From Spirochaetia bacterium (GTDB lineage Bacteria > Spirochaetota > Spirochaetia > SZUA-6 > Bin103), in the NCBI GenBank assembly GCA_965203905.1, contig CBDBDQ010000005.1, forward strand, positions 4,544,001 through 4,608,000: DNA of 64,000 nt. The letters are read 5' to 3'. The position numbers were made by a program, and so were the translations under genes. This document shows positions 36,064 to 46,383 of this stretch, piece by piece. Every line of letters begins with the position of its first letter. Position 1 is the stretch's first letter. A model generated the notes under the pieces. That model did not search any database, was not told the origin of the DNA, and saw only the letters and a program-made list of their open reading frames with translations.

Positions 36064-39000
36064 TCAGGCGCGCCGGGATGGCGGACTGACGTCGACCACA
36101 CAGACCGATATCCTGCGTCGTAGCTCGTCCGACAGCATCGATTCCAACTGTTTCCGAAGCTCGTCAGGGCCGGCTGGACGAACGCCGCGAGGCGATGGCG
36201 GCGAGTCTCCCGTGCCAAACCAGAACACGAGATAGATGCCGTGTCCGCCTGTTGCCGGGTCGCTGAGGTATCCGTTGATCAACTGGTTGTGGATTGCACT
36301 CCATAATCTCCTGTGGCTGTTTCTCTTGATCTCTATCGGGACGTGGAAGTCGTTGCAGGTAACTCGTATGTCGGCTTGTCCGTCATTGGCGTACCGCCCT
36401 TCCGGCTGCGCGTCGACTTCCGCTGGTAGACGCTGCCGAAGATCGGAAAGAATAGCATCCCGGCACGAGTTCTCGGGCTTCGGCGTTGTAGGCCGTTCAT
36501 ACTGGTCTACGTTCCAATATTGGCGCCAGTCGTCGGTGTTGTCGGTCCGTATTCGGATGGCGATCTCGTCCAGGCGGTCAGTCACCAGGGCGGCAAGGTC
36601 TCCTGGGTTGGCTGGTGGTCCGTCGTGCAGCGTGCCGCAGGCTTGGTCGACGCTGGGGTGCCGATAAAGAGTATCGCGGCGGACCACGCGTTGGCGGTCG
36701 CGGGCGGTGATCAGGTTCGAGTTCCAGGAGGAAAGCGCCGTGTCCGACGCAAGCTCATCCAGTGCATCGCTCGCTTCCGGTTGGGGCAGGGCCGCGAGTC
36801 GTTGGATCATCTCATACACACTCGGCGACACATCGGCGGACGGAGTTTCCAGGATGCCCGACGCATCTGATATCCAGCGTCCGACGGTAGTTCCGAGGAG
36901 ACTGATGTAGTACTTCAATGCCGATACAGTCAGTTCGTCGATGGTTGGACCTGCCCGTCGCAGGAACTCGGCGAGATGCGAGATGAGCCGCTCCCTGCGT
37001 TGTACGAGATCTTTCAAGGGATCAAGGTAGCAGTTGGGACGAACGATGACTCCCATCGCAAGCCAGTGAACCCTCTGCGCGACGGTCATGCTCGGACGGG
37101 ATAGCTTCTCCGCAATCAATCCAAGAAAGGACCGTCGATCGGCGTACCGGTGGGCAGCATGGAGCAGATCATCCAGATTCCGAAGCTGTTCTGCCGTGCA
37201 CCGAAGGGGGAAGCCGCGCAATAGCGGCATGGCCGCGTGACGGGCTACGCGGCTATGATCTTCCATGAGTAGCTGATGAACGATGGAGTAGTCGCACTTT
37301 CCGCTGCGAAGAACCGTAGCGGCGCAACCGACGAGTACGTCAGCGACGGTTTTGGGACACCGGTCCAGCAGCGTTAGGTACCACCCCGAACCCTGCGGCC
37401 CCGTGCGGAGGCCGGGCGAGCCGAAACGGAACGCGAGAGCCTGTCTGACCTGTCTGTCATTCATTCGGAGCACCGCTTCATGTTCGATTTCTTCCATACC
37501 CACCAGGAACGGTAGGGCGACGCGGTACTCTTGACCGCTTCCCGTATTGCCGATGATCTCGGCTGGTTCCGGAACCTCGTTGCGGCTCAGCGTGCCGCGC
37601 ATACCGGCGAGTGTGGCCTCGACCAGGGATTCTTCGTTTCGAAAGAGACTCCTGATCCGTTCTACGGGACTGGCCCCGCGAGCCTCCATGAGCGAGCCGA
37701 AGTATGCCTTTCCGGTGAGATACAATATATCGAGACCGCCCATTCCGGAACACAGTTCGGCAACACTCTCGCGTACGTAGGCAATCCAATTACTGTGGTT
37801 TCGCTCTCGTTCTTCACGCGATCCGCGCTGCTCTTGGAGGCCGCTCGGATAGTAGACGCGACAATGGAGCAGACCCTTGAGTTCCTGACGCAAGCGTGCG
37901 CTGCTCCGGGTGAGTTCGAACAATACTTCCAGCGTCAAACCCCGGTTGTACCTCTGGTCGGCTAGAGCACGACAGGAACAGTAAAGAAAGTACGGGGTGG
38001 ATGGCGCATCGGTAGCTGCTGCGGCTTGCTGCAGGCACCAGAGTCCGTAGTCCGGGGGAAAGTCTGCGCCGTAGCGGATGGCGTCGACATCGTCGACCTT
38101 CGATAGAATGGAATCTCCAGGATCGGTCCGACTGCTTACCAGCTCGGCTATCACTGCCTTCAGGGTGTCCGGACGCCGTTGCAGCCAGGACCGGATACGC
38201 CGGACGGTATCAATCGACATTCGGCGCAGGTCCGGGAACATGTCGACCGTGAGCCAGTCACAGAGGCGTGCGGTATCCGGAGTATCGCCATGGATCTCGA
38301 GGCCACGCGCCAACAGCTTTAGCGGGACGTCGTGGAGATCGTGACTGTCCACGGCATGCTTCAGCTCGTGGCGTCGCGAAGCGAACGAATCCAGCAGTGC
38401 TGCAACGTTCGATGCGTTCTCGACGAGATCGACGCGCCAGAACTGACGATAGGGTCCGGAAGCGTACCGCTGGGCTGTAACCGATAGGTAATCCCAGATC
38501 TCGGAGGGGGCAATGCGGCGAGGATAGAGTTTGGTCAGCACGGTTCCGAGCAGCTCGTTGTTGAAATCGGAAACTCGTCCGGAGGTCAGGTCAATGAGCA
38601 GCCGCTCAAGCCTGCCGTCTCTGACAGTGCGGTCCGTACAATTGTGGAGAAACGCCTCCAGCATCATGCAAGGAAGCTGTACCCATCGGTGGCCCCGGTA
38701 GACCAGGTCGAACAGGAAATCGGCCAGGCCCGGGAGCGGTGTGCCGTGTGTGAGCGCAAGCAACACCAGGGCCTCGAAATACGGCTCTTTCGCCGGCGTT
38801 GTCAGCACGTCGCGAATTACCGATTCCATGTCCCGAGTAGCGAGTGCTCCAACCGCCTCCGGACTCCAGGTCAACGAGCGGAGTCGCGAGGCCTCCCGGC
38901 TCAGCGCGGCCAGCAGCATGCGCTTCTCCGAGGTCGTGAATTGGCGCACGTCACCGTAAGAGACCACCCCGATCGGATCACGCTCGACGAGTTCCGACCG

Positions 39001-40098
39001 CGCCTCCGGGCAGAGCGCCGCGAGCCAGGCGGACAGCCCTCTCTGCTCCGTCACGACCGTTCCATCTTCGCCGGTGATCAGGGCAAGTACGCGCCGCGCG
39101 GGGAGGTCGCCGGCGATGAGCCGAGCGAGGTGGTGCGCGCCCAGGAAGTCGGCCAAGTGGCGATGTACTGGGGTCAAACGACCTTCGGTCTTCGCCGTGA
39201 ACAGCTTCGTGGACAGCGCGTACCGCAGAGTGTGGCGATCATACTTACACCGGTCGGGATTCAGGTAATCGTCGTCCACGTAATCGAGGTCGGTTGCGTA
39301 GCCTGCACAACCGGTGGGGATGAGGATCGCACACATGCGCCCGGCGGCATCCAGCGTGCAATCCGCCGCGGGTGCTGGCCCGACGTGGCGGCGCTCTCGG
39401 TTGTGCTCCTCTACCACGAGGCGACACGCCTTACTGAATGTCTCAAGGCGGGTTTCCGGCCACTCTCCGCTGCTCGCTACCACGTCTGTCAACAAGCAGA
39501 GGCTTTGCGGATTCCTCAGCAGGCCATCGACCCCTCTATCCGTCGCCGTTCGGATGAATGCCGAAGCGTCGGGAATGTCCGCCCGCGCCTCCAGGACTCG
39601 ACTGGCATCCGAATCGGTCAGCGGGTCGAGCCGCAGGACGACCACCGCTGAGCCATGCGGCGTCACTGCGGTGAGTTGCCCGCGGTCGTTGTCTCCCAGC
39701 CAGTCGGCGGTGCGGCAGGACAGGCGGAAGCGGGGTCGTCCGAGCTTGTCCAGACGGAAGCGTATTCGGTCGAACGGAGCGTGCTTGTCGGGCGATCCGG
39801 CGCGGCGCTCGTCGAGGGCGTCGATGAACAGCGTCTTGCCGTGCCACTCGGGATGATCGTCCGGGGAGAAGGTGAGGAAATCTCGTGCTGTCACGAAACA
39901 GGCGGCTTCACCCAGCGCTTCGCACTCGCGCTTGAATGCCGTGGTCTTGCCGGCGCCGGGATCGCCGAGCAGCACATAGGCTGGGGTGGACCGATAGCTC
40001 TCCAGCGACCGTCCGGCGTTGGCCGGAGTGCGTGCCGCATCCGCTGCGGTGTTCGCGTCCCTGATTTCGGTACAGGTGCGGGCGACGATGAGACTCAT
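36064..40098 (-). CDS. STAND/NACHT-type NTPase with C-terminal PD-(D/E)XK-like nuclease
   Basis: LLGDPGAGKT, LFIDALDE, LSCR, NPQSL, HRHLADFLGA; C-terminal PE...ADI...PIEIK...QL...Y...GIYLVFWFG. Confidence 0.8.
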   Translation of the reverse strand: MSLIVARTCTEIRDANTAADAARTPANAGRSLESYRSTPAYVLLGDPGAGKTTAFKRECEALGEAACFVTARDFLTFSPDDHPEWHGKTLFIDALDERRAGSPDKHAPFDRIRFRLDKLGRPRFRLSCRTADWLGDNDRGQLTAVTPHGSAVVVLRLDPLTDSDASRVLEARADIPDASAFIRTATDRGVDGLLRNPQSLCLLTDVVASSGEWPETRLETFSKACRLVVEEHNRERRHVGPAPAADCTLDAAGRMCAILIPTGCAGYATDLDYVDDDYLNPDRCKYDRHTLRYALSTKLFTAKTEGRLTPVHRHLADFLGAHHLARLIAGDLPARRVLALITGEDGTVVTEQRGLSAWLAALCPEARSELVERDPIGVVSYGDVRQFTTSEKRMLLAALSREASRLRSLTWSPEAVGALATRDMESVIRDVLTTPAKEPYFEALVLLALTHGTPLPGLADFLFDLVYRGHRWVQLPCMMLEAFLHNCTDRTVRDGRLERLLIDLTSGRVSDFNNELLGTVLTKLYPRRIAPSEIWDYLSVTAQRYASGPYRQFWRVDLVENASNVAALLDSFASRRHELKHAVDSHDLHDVPLKLLARGLEIHGDTPDTARLCDWLTVDMFPDLRRMSIDTVRRIRSWLQRRPDTLKAVIAELVSSRTDPGDSILSKVDDVDAIRYGADFPPDYGLWCLQQAAAATDAPSTPYFLYCSCRALADQRYNRGLTLEVLFELTRSSARLRQELKGLLHCRVYYPSGLQEQRGSREERERNHSNWIAYVRESVAELCSGMGGLDILYLTGKAYFGSLMEARGASPVERIRSLFRNEESLVEATLAGMRGTLSRNEVPEPAEIIGNTGSGQEYRVALPFLVGMEEIEHEAVLRMNDRQVRQALAFRFGSPGLRTGPQGSGWYLTLLDRCPKTVADVLVGCAATVLRSGKCDYSIVHQLLMEDHSRVARHAAMPLLRGFPLRCTAEQLRNLDDLLHAAHRYADRRSFLGLIAEKLSRPSMTVAQRVHWLAMGVIVRPNCYLDPLKDLVQRRERLISHLAEFLRRAGPTIDELTVSALKYYISLLGTTVGRWISDASGILETPSADVSPSVYEMIQRLAALPQPEASDALDELASDTALSSWNSNLITARDRQRVVRRDTLYRHPSVDQACGTLHDGPPANPGDLAALVTDRLDEIAIRIRTDNTDDWRQYWNVDQYERPTTPKPENSCRDAILSDLRQRLPAEVDAQPEGRYANDGQADIRVTCNDFHVPIEIKRNSHRRLWSAIHNQLINGYLSDPATGGHGIYLVFWFGTGDSPPSPRGVRPAGPDELRKQLESMLSDELRRRISVCVVDVSPPSRRA

Positions 40099-41372
40099 GC
40101 CTCGTCAAGCCAATGGTCGGCGGGCTGCTTGAGGAACTCGTCGAGCGGTACACCGCCCTCTCCCACCAGCAGCGAGCGACGAGGACGATACTGTCCTTCG
40201 AACGCCCGCATCCCGGGCAGCGCGCTGGTCGCTCCCCCCCGCGCGCTGCCGCTCTTGACCTCTATCGCGACCAGTCGCGGCCCGCGCTGCAGCACGAAGT
40301 CCACCTCGTGCGAACCGCGGCGCCAGTAGTGCAGGTGCACGTTGGACTTCGCGGTGTTGTACAGGTGCGCACCGACGGCGCTCTCGACGATCCGGCCCCA
40401 GAACGTCCGGTCCGCCATCGCTTCTTCGAAGGAGTATCCGGAGCCGGCGGTCATCAGGGCCGTGTTGAGCACATTTAGCTTGGGACTGGATGCGCGTCGC
40501 CCGGCAGCCGTACCGGTGTATTTCGGCAGTCCAGCGACGAGTCCGGCCATGCCGAGCAGCTCGAGATAGCGCGCCAGGGTGGTCGTGTTGCCGGCGTCGT
40601 CGAGTTGGCCGAGCATCTTGGTGTATGACAGGATCTGTCCGGAGTATGCCGCTCCCAACTCGAACAGCCGCTTCAGAAGCGCCGGCTTGTCCACGCGTGT
40701 CAACGCAAGAATGTCGCGTTCGATGTTCGGCTCCACGACCGCCCCGAGAATGTAGTCGCGCCAGCGGTCCTCGTCGCCCACCAGACTGTAAGGCTCCGGG
40801 TAGCCTCCGAAGTAAAGGTAGTGCGGCAGGTCGAAGCCGAACGCGGATGAGATTTCCGCGAACGACCAGTGGGAAACGCGGATCCGCTCGAATCGGCCGG
40901 TGAGGCTCTCACTCAAGCCCGACTGCATGAGCAGGGGAGCGGATCCCAGAATGACCACGTGCAGCGGGCAGCCGCTCACCCGGTCGGCATCCCATAGTCC
41001 CTTCACCGTTTCCGACCACTGCGGAATCTTCTGTATCTCGTCCAACACCAGTACGAAGCCGCCCGGAGACCGTTCCGCCTCGATTCGCGCTTCTTCCCAG
41101 TTGCGAACCAGCCAAGCCGTGTCGCGTTCCTGTGGAACGGCGAGAGTCGGCTCCGCCGAATCGAATGGCGGAATAATCCCCGAGGGGTCGGGTTCGTCCA
41201 CGGGCAAACGGCGACCCTTGCGGTCGATCTGGCGCAATGCCTGCCGCGCAATGATCGTCTTGCCGGTCCGGCGCGGTCCGAACAGAGCAATGATCCGCTC
41301 TGGTGGCTCGTCGAGCCGTCGGCAGAGTGTTTCGACCTGCGCGCGTTCGAACGCCCCTGGCATTAAAGCCAT
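40095..41372 (-). CDS. AAA_14 + DUF4143 ATPase
   Basis: [28 protein letters not shown]...EVDFV...AIEVKSG. Confidence 0.9.
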   Translation of the reverse strand: MALMPGAFERAQVETLCRRLDEPPERIIALFGPRRTGKTIIARQALRQIDRKGRRLPVDEPDPSGIIPPFDSAEPTLAVPQERDTAWLVRNWEEARIEAERSPGGFVLVLDEIQKIPQWSETVKGLWDADRVSGCPLHVVILGSAPLLMQSGLSESLTGRFERIRVSHWSFAEISSAFGFDLPHYLYFGGYPEPYSLVGDEDRWRDYILGAVVEPNIERDILALTRVDKPALLKRLFELGAAYSGQILSYTKMLGQLDDAGNTTTLARYLELLGMAGLVAGLPKYTGTAAGRRASSPKLNVLNTALMTAGSGYSFEEAMADRTFWGRIVESAVGAHLYNTAKSNVHLHYWRRGSHEVDFVLQRGPRLVAIEVKSGSARGGATSALPGMRAFEGQYRPRRSLLVGEGGVPLDEFLKQPADHWLDEA

Positions 41373-41487
41373 AAGTAAATATACTCAGGAATTTAATCCA
41401 TGGTCATGCCGCGGCGAGCCGGATGTGCACACCGACCTGGGTAGTTCCCGGTTGTGGTCATCCCTGGCTGCGGTGTATGGTTGGTGT

Positions 41488-41691
41488 ATGTCGCGCACCA
41501 ACATCGACGTGGACGACGAGGCCTGCGCCGAGGTGATGCGCCGGTACCGTCTGGCCACCAAGCGCGAAGCGGTGAATTTCGCGCTCCGCACGCTCGCAGC
41601 CGAGCCCCTCAGCGTGGAGGAGGCGCGTCGGCTGCGGGGCTCCGGCTGGCAGGGCGATCTCGACGAGTTGCGCTCCAGCCGCATCCGGTGA
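41488..41691 (+). CDS. vapB: VapB antitoxin
   Basis: [10 protein letters not shown]...[11 protein letters not shown]...[10 protein letters not shown]. Confidence 0.9.
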   Translation: MSRTNIDVDDEACAEVMRRYRLATKREAVNFALRTLAAEPLSVEEARRLRGSGWQGDLDELRSSRIR

Positions 41692-42074
41692 TTCTGATCG
41701 ATACCTCGGCCTGGATAGAGTTTCTGCGCGATACCGGATCGCCGGTCTGCGATCGGGTCGAGACCCTGCTTGACGCCGACGTGGCGACCTGCCACCCGGT
41801 GCGGATGGAAGTGCTTGCCGGCGCGCGCGACGAGTACCACCTGGAACGGCTGCGCCGGCTGCTCGCGCGTGCGGTGATGGTTCCGGTGACACCCGCGGAC
41901 TACGACGATGCTGCGGCGCTGTATCGTCGCTGTCGGCGTCAGGGTGAATCCGTTCGCCGTCTCATCGACTGCCTTATCGCAGCGGTCGCGATCCGCGCCG
42001 ACACGCCGATCCTGCACCACGACGCCGACTTCGACGCGCTCGTTCGGCACACGGCTCTGCGCAGCGCCTCGTGA
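41688..42074 (+). CDS. vapC: VapC PIN-domain toxin
   Basis: [26 protein letters not shown]; GTGA overlap with vapB. Confidence 0.92.
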   Translation: MILIDTSAWIEFLRDTGSPVCDRVETLLDADVATCHPVRMEVLAGARDEYHLERLRRLLARAVMVPVTPADYDDAAALYRRCRRQGESVRRLIDCLIAAVAIRADTPILHHDADFDALVRHTALRSAS

Positions 42075-42093
42075 CTGATCCCAGGACCAAGGC

Positions 42094-43332
42094 GTGCAGG
42101 TAGCCACGCGCATCTGGAGCGCCGGAAGGCGGGCGACGCGCGGCACCTTCGCCTCACTGGCGGTGCGCGACTTCCGGCTGTTGTGGGGCGGGCTGGTGGT
42201 GCTGTTCGGCGCCACCCAGATCCGCATGGTGGCCTCCGGCTACCTGGCGTACGAGCTGACCAGCTCGCCGCTCCTGCTCAGCCTGGTGGCGGTGGGCTAC
42301 GCGGTGCCGATGCTGTCGCTGGCCCTGGTCGGTGGCGTGGTAGCGGACCGCTTCGAGCGGCGCCGTCTGGTGCAGTTCGCGCAGGCGATGTTCTCGGGGG
42401 TGGCGCTGTTCGTGGCGGTGTTCGCCCATATCGGGATCGTCACCTGGGTGCACCTGCTGATCTCATCCGCGCTGCAGGGAACCTTGTGGGCGATCCTGGT
42501 GCCGGCGCGGCAGGCGATGATTCCCGGCATCGTCGGGCGCAAGCTCACCACCAACGCACTGGCGCTGATGGCCGCGGCGTTCAGCATGACCACGCTGCTT
42601 GGGCCGGCCCTGGGGGGCTGGCTGTACGGCTTCGGCGGACCGGCCGCCACCTACTACTTCGTGGCCGCCATGGGGGTGGTGGCGGTGATCCTGACCGGGC
42701 GCATCTCTTCCGTCGGTGCACCGGCGGCAAGCGGTGCATCACACGGCGCGGCGATCGTCGAGGGGCTCGCCTACATTCGTCGCCAGCCCGACATCATCCT
42801 GATGTTCCTGATCTCCGTGGTCTACGCCATGGTGGCGATGCCGTTTCGCCTCATCCTGCCGGTGTTCGTGGTCGACCTGTACGGCATGGGGCCGGAAGTG
42901 CTCGGCCTGCTGGTGAGCTCCATGGGCATCGGCTCCGTGGGCGCCGCGGTGGTGGTGGCGGGCGTGGCGCCGGGACGGCGCGGCCTGATTCTGGTGTGCG
43001 GGGCGATGCTCGCCAGCCTTTCCATACTGGTGATGTCGGGAGTGCCCGTGTTCTGGGTCGGGATGGTGGGTATGCTGGTGTTGGGAATCGGCGACGCGAT
43101 CCGCAAGTCGCTGAACCAGGCGGTGATGCTGGAGATCGCCGATCCGGCGTACCACGGCCGGGTGGCCAGCGTGTTCATGATCTCATTCGGCCTGGTGCCC
43201 CTCGGGGCGCTGCCTGCCGGCGCCCTGGCGGAGGCGTTCGGAGGCCAGGTAGCCGGCACCGTTATGGGCGGCTTCATGCTGCTGGTTTCGGTGGCGCTGC
43301 TGGCCAACCGGCGCCTGCGCCGCCTGAGCTGA
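42094..43332 (+). CDS. MFS transporter
   Basis: GGVVADRFERRR motif A; about 12 TM helices. Confidence 0.9.
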   Translation: MQVATRIWSAGRRATRGTFASLAVRDFRLLWGGLVVLFGATQIRMVASGYLAYELTSSPLLLSLVAVGYAVPMLSLALVGGVVADRFERRRLVQFAQAMFSGVALFVAVFAHIGIVTWVHLLISSALQGTLWAILVPARQAMIPGIVGRKLTTNALALMAAAFSMTTLLGPALGGWLYGFGGPAATYYFVAAMGVVAVILTGRISSVGAPAASGASHGAAIVEGLAYIRRQPDIILMFLISVVYAMVAMPFRLILPVFVVDLYGMGPEVLGLLVSSMGIGSVGAAVVVAGVAPGRRGLILVCGAMLASLSILVMSGVPVFWVGMVGMLVLGIGDAIRKSLNQAVMLEIADPAYHGRVASVFMISFGLVPLGALPAGALAEAFGGQVAGTVMGGFMLLVSVALLANRRLRRLS

Positions 43333-43421
43333 GCACCGGCACGGCAACCCCGCCATGGCCGCGACGCCACGCGATGGCGGACCACGGCCAGATGGGGTAG
43401 GCTGTCGTTTCCGAGGCGAGC

Positions 43422-43844
43422 ATGTTCGAGATGGTAGTCCATGCGATCCTGTGCTGCGATCGCATCATCACGGAGAACAACGGCAAGAAGGGGCTGATCG
43501 GCGTGTTTCACTCGTTCCAGTTCCCGCGCGTACCCGTCGCCAGTCCGCAGTGGTTCATCTACGGCGCCCTGGGCAGCATGGCCCGTGGGACCTACGAATT
43601 CCGCATCAGTCTCACCCACGGCCAATCCTCCGACGAGGTGTACGCCCGCACCGGCGACATCCGCATCCGGCGCGAGCGCGAGGACGTGGAACTGGTGTTG
43701 CCGGTGAACTGCACCTTCGAGAACTACGGGGCGCACGTGATTACCCTGGAGATCGCGGAGGAAGTGGTGGCGAGCCGTATTCTGCGCGTCGCTCCGACCG
43801 TCGCCGGGACCGGGGGCGCCGGCGGCAACGGCGCCGGCTCGTAG
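43422..43844 (+). CDS. DUF6941-like beta-sandwich protein
   Basis: ILCCDRIITENNGKKGLIGVF...F..YG.H pattern. Confidence 0.6.
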   Translation: MFEMVVHAILCCDRIITENNGKKGLIGVFHSFQFPRVPVASPQWFIYGALGSMARGTYEFRISLTHGQSSDEVYARTGDIRIRREREDVELVLPVNCTFENYGAHVITLEIAEEVVASRILRVAPTVAGTGGAGGNGAGS

Positions 43845-43955
43845 CGCCCCGAAACCGTCGCCTGCCGGCGACGGTTTCGGCCCAGCCCCGCCTACCGTAC
43901 GGAGTCGTGTCGGAGCTGCCGCTGACGCGCCAACCCGACAGACTCCTGGCGCCGC
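43843..43955 (+). repeat. Dispersed ~110-bp palindromic repeat, copy 2
   Basis: Perfect hairpin CCGAAACCGTCGCC-TGCC-GGCGACGGTTTCGG; aligns to 4373-4485; between convergent genes. Confidence 0.85.
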
Positions 43956-44015
43956 TACGTTCCGCCTGCTCCCGTGGCAGGGCGGCGGGCGCCGAATGCC
44001 ACGTTCCCGACCGCC

Positions 44016-45236
44016 TTATGGTCGCTCTCGGGGAATGGTGCGGCGGGTCTTGAGGATCGCCGCAAAGGCGAGCAACACCAGCAGCGCTGACACCACGACG
44101 TAGAGCAGGTAGCCGCGGCGGATGCCGATCTGCTCGGCTACCAGCGCCATGGCGAACGGAAACAGGAAGGAGCCTATGCCGCCGCCGGTGGTGGCAAAGC
44201 CGATCACCATGCTCTGATGGCGCAGCGCGAAGAAGCGGCCCACCAGCGACATCACCAGCGGGTAGATCGAAGAGAAACCGAACCCGGCGGCGACGAAGCC
44301 GACCGCTGCCGCCGTGCGGTCGGTCACGGTCACGGCGCCGGCGAGACCGGCCAGGGCGATCGCGGCGAGCAACAGGATGGCCTCGGCCGCACGCGTCCCG
44401 CGGTAGCAGAACGCCAGCAGCAGGCGGCCGCCGAGCACGCCGCCCCAGAACAGCATTACCATCAGCGCACCATGGGCCGGGGTGGTGCCCAGGAAACCTA
44501 CGAAGTACTCCCCGAGCCACGACGACACGCCCGCCTCCGCGCCGACGTAGAGGAACAGCAGCGCCACGCAGATCACCACCAGTCCACGGTCCAGCGACAG
44601 CCTGCCAGCGCTCTCGGGATTGGCGCGGTGGCCGCCCCCGAGCCCCTCTTCCAGGCGGCCGAAGGGGAGCAGCGCCAACCACACCGCCATTCCTGCCGCA
44701 GCCACCGCCAGCGCGCGAAACGCGATCTGCCAGGCGACCCCGCTGTCCAGCAGCCGGGCCGCCAGCAGCGGACCCGCCACCGCACCCACCGAGAAGGCCG
44801 CGTGCAGCAGGTTCATCAGTTGGCTGCGGCCGTCGCGCTCGATGCGTATCGCACCGTAGTTGAGCACTACCTCGACGGCGCCGAGGCCGATCCCGATCAG
44901 CCCGTGCAGCAGCACGTTGATCAGCACCAGCGGCGTGGCGCCGAACACCGCCAGGGCGCCGGCCATCAGCACCAGGCCGGTCACCACCGTGGCGCGCGGC
45001 CCGAGTCGGGGCACCACGAAACCGCTGGCGAAGGTGGAGGCGAAGTAGCCGATGGAGATCGCCGCCAGCACCGCCGCCGCCTCGGTGTAGCTCCAGCCGA
45101 ACGAGCGGATCATCTCCGGCAGCACGGCGCCGACCACCGTAAGGTCGGCTCCGAACAGGGCGGTGACCGCCAGCAGGCCGAGGTAGAGGGAGCGGAACCG
45201 CGCCGGCACGCGCGGAAGACGCTGGACGATGGGCAT
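44016..45236 (-). CDS. MFS transporter (fucose permease/TsgA-like)
   Basis: About 12 TM helices, MNLLHAAFSVGA, YVGAE...W, SIYP. Confidence 0.88.
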   Translation of the reverse strand: MPIVQRLPRVPARFRSLYLGLLAVTALFGADLTVVGAVLPEMIRSFGWSYTEAAAVLAAISIGYFASTFASGFVVPRLGPRATVVTGLVLMAGALAVFGATPLVLINVLLHGLIGIGLGAVEVVLNYGAIRIERDGRSQLMNLLHAAFSVGAVAGPLLAARLLDSGVAWQIAFRALAVAAAGMAVWLALLPFGRLEEGLGGGHRANPESAGRLSLDRGLVVICVALLFLYVGAEAGVSSWLGEYFVGFLGTTPAHGALMVMLFWGGVLGGRLLLAFCYRGTRAAEAILLLAAIALAGLAGAVTVTDRTAAAVGFVAAGFGFSSIYPLVMSLVGRFFALRHQSMVIGFATTGGGIGSFLFPFAMALVAEQIGIRRGYLLYVVVSALLVLLAFAAILKTRRTIPRERP

Positions 45237-45369
45237 GGGTGGAATGACAACATTAATACCCCCGGCAGGCGGAGCGGACAAGCGCAGGTGGACTGCGGCA
45301 GTCGGCGGAGTCGGCAGGTGCCCTGCGGCTCGCGCTGCCATACGGCGGCGCATGTGCTACGGTGCCGGC

Positions 45370-46383
45370 GTGCAACGAGACAGGGTAGTACAGGAGCCGC
45401 TCACCGGCCGCCTGCCGCGCCGGCGCCTCGGACGGCTCGACATGGAGCTGACGGTGCTGGGGCTTGGCGGAGCGTCGCTGGGGCTGATGCGGGATCGCGA
45501 TACCAGCCCGGAAGAGCGCGGCGAGATTGCCGCGGCCACGGTGCGCCGGGCCGTGGCACTGGGGATCAACTACATCGACACGTCGCCGCTGTACCAGGCC
45601 GGCGTGGCCGAGCGCAGTCTGGGCATCGCCCTGGGCAGTCTGAACGCCGCGGAGCGGGCTTCCCTTCACGTCTCCACCAAGGTGGGGACCCGGACCGGGA
45701 TGGAGGGGCTTTACGACCGCGCGTCGGTGCTCGCCTCCCTTGAGCAGAGCCGGGAAGCGCTGGGGCGGGAGTACCTGGACATCGTCTTCGTGCACGACCC
45801 GAATTCGGAGCAGCACATGGAGGCGATTCTGCGGCCCGGCGGGGCCGCGGACACGATCCTGGAGTTGAAACGGGAGGGCGGCGTGGGTGCGCTCGGCCTG
45901 GGGGTACGGACCCACCGCTGGCAGCGGCGCTGCATCGAGGATGGACGCTTCGATGTGGTGCTGCTGCCCTACGACTACAGCCTGGCCCGCGACAGCGCCC
46001 GGCCGCTGATCGAGTTGGCTCAGGCCCGCAGCGTGGGCGTGGTGAGTGCCTCGCCCTACCTGCGCGGCCTGCTGGCGGGGCCGGATCCCGCGGTGCAGGC
46101 GCGCTTTGGAGCCCAGGAGCCGCAGGACGTGCGAGCCGCGGCGGCGATTCACGCCTGGTGCGGGGAACGCGGGATCGACGTGGGCGCGCTGGCGATGCAG
46201 TTCAGCACCAGGCACCCCGGCATCGCGTCGACCCTGGTGGGCAGCCGCGACGGCGCCGAGACCGCCGCCAGCTACCGCCACGCGACCGCTTCCCTGGCGC
46301 CCGGGGTGTGGCAGGAGTTCGCCGCCGCGGCGCAGACGTTCCCCGCGGCGGCGCCGGGCGGCGAGACGGGGATTCTCCAATGA
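45370..46383 (+). CDS. Aldo/keto reductase
   Basis: LGLGGA, GINYIDTSPLY, STKVG, DIVFVHDP. Confidence 0.9.
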   Translation: MQRDRVVQEPLTGRLPRRRLGRLDMELTVLGLGGASLGLMRDRDTSPEERGEIAAATVRRAVALGINYIDTSPLYQAGVAERSLGIALGSLNAAERASLHVSTKVGTRTGMEGLYDRASVLASLEQSREALGREYLDIVFVHDPNSEQHMEAILRPGGAADTILELKREGGVGALGLGVRTHRWQRRCIEDGRFDVVLLPYDYSLARDSARPLIELAQARSVGVVSASPYLRGLLAGPDPAVQARFGAQEPQDVRAAAAIHAWCGERGIDVGALAMQFSTRHPGIASTLVGSRDGAETAASYRHATASLAPGVWQEFAAAAQTFPAAAPGGETGILQ

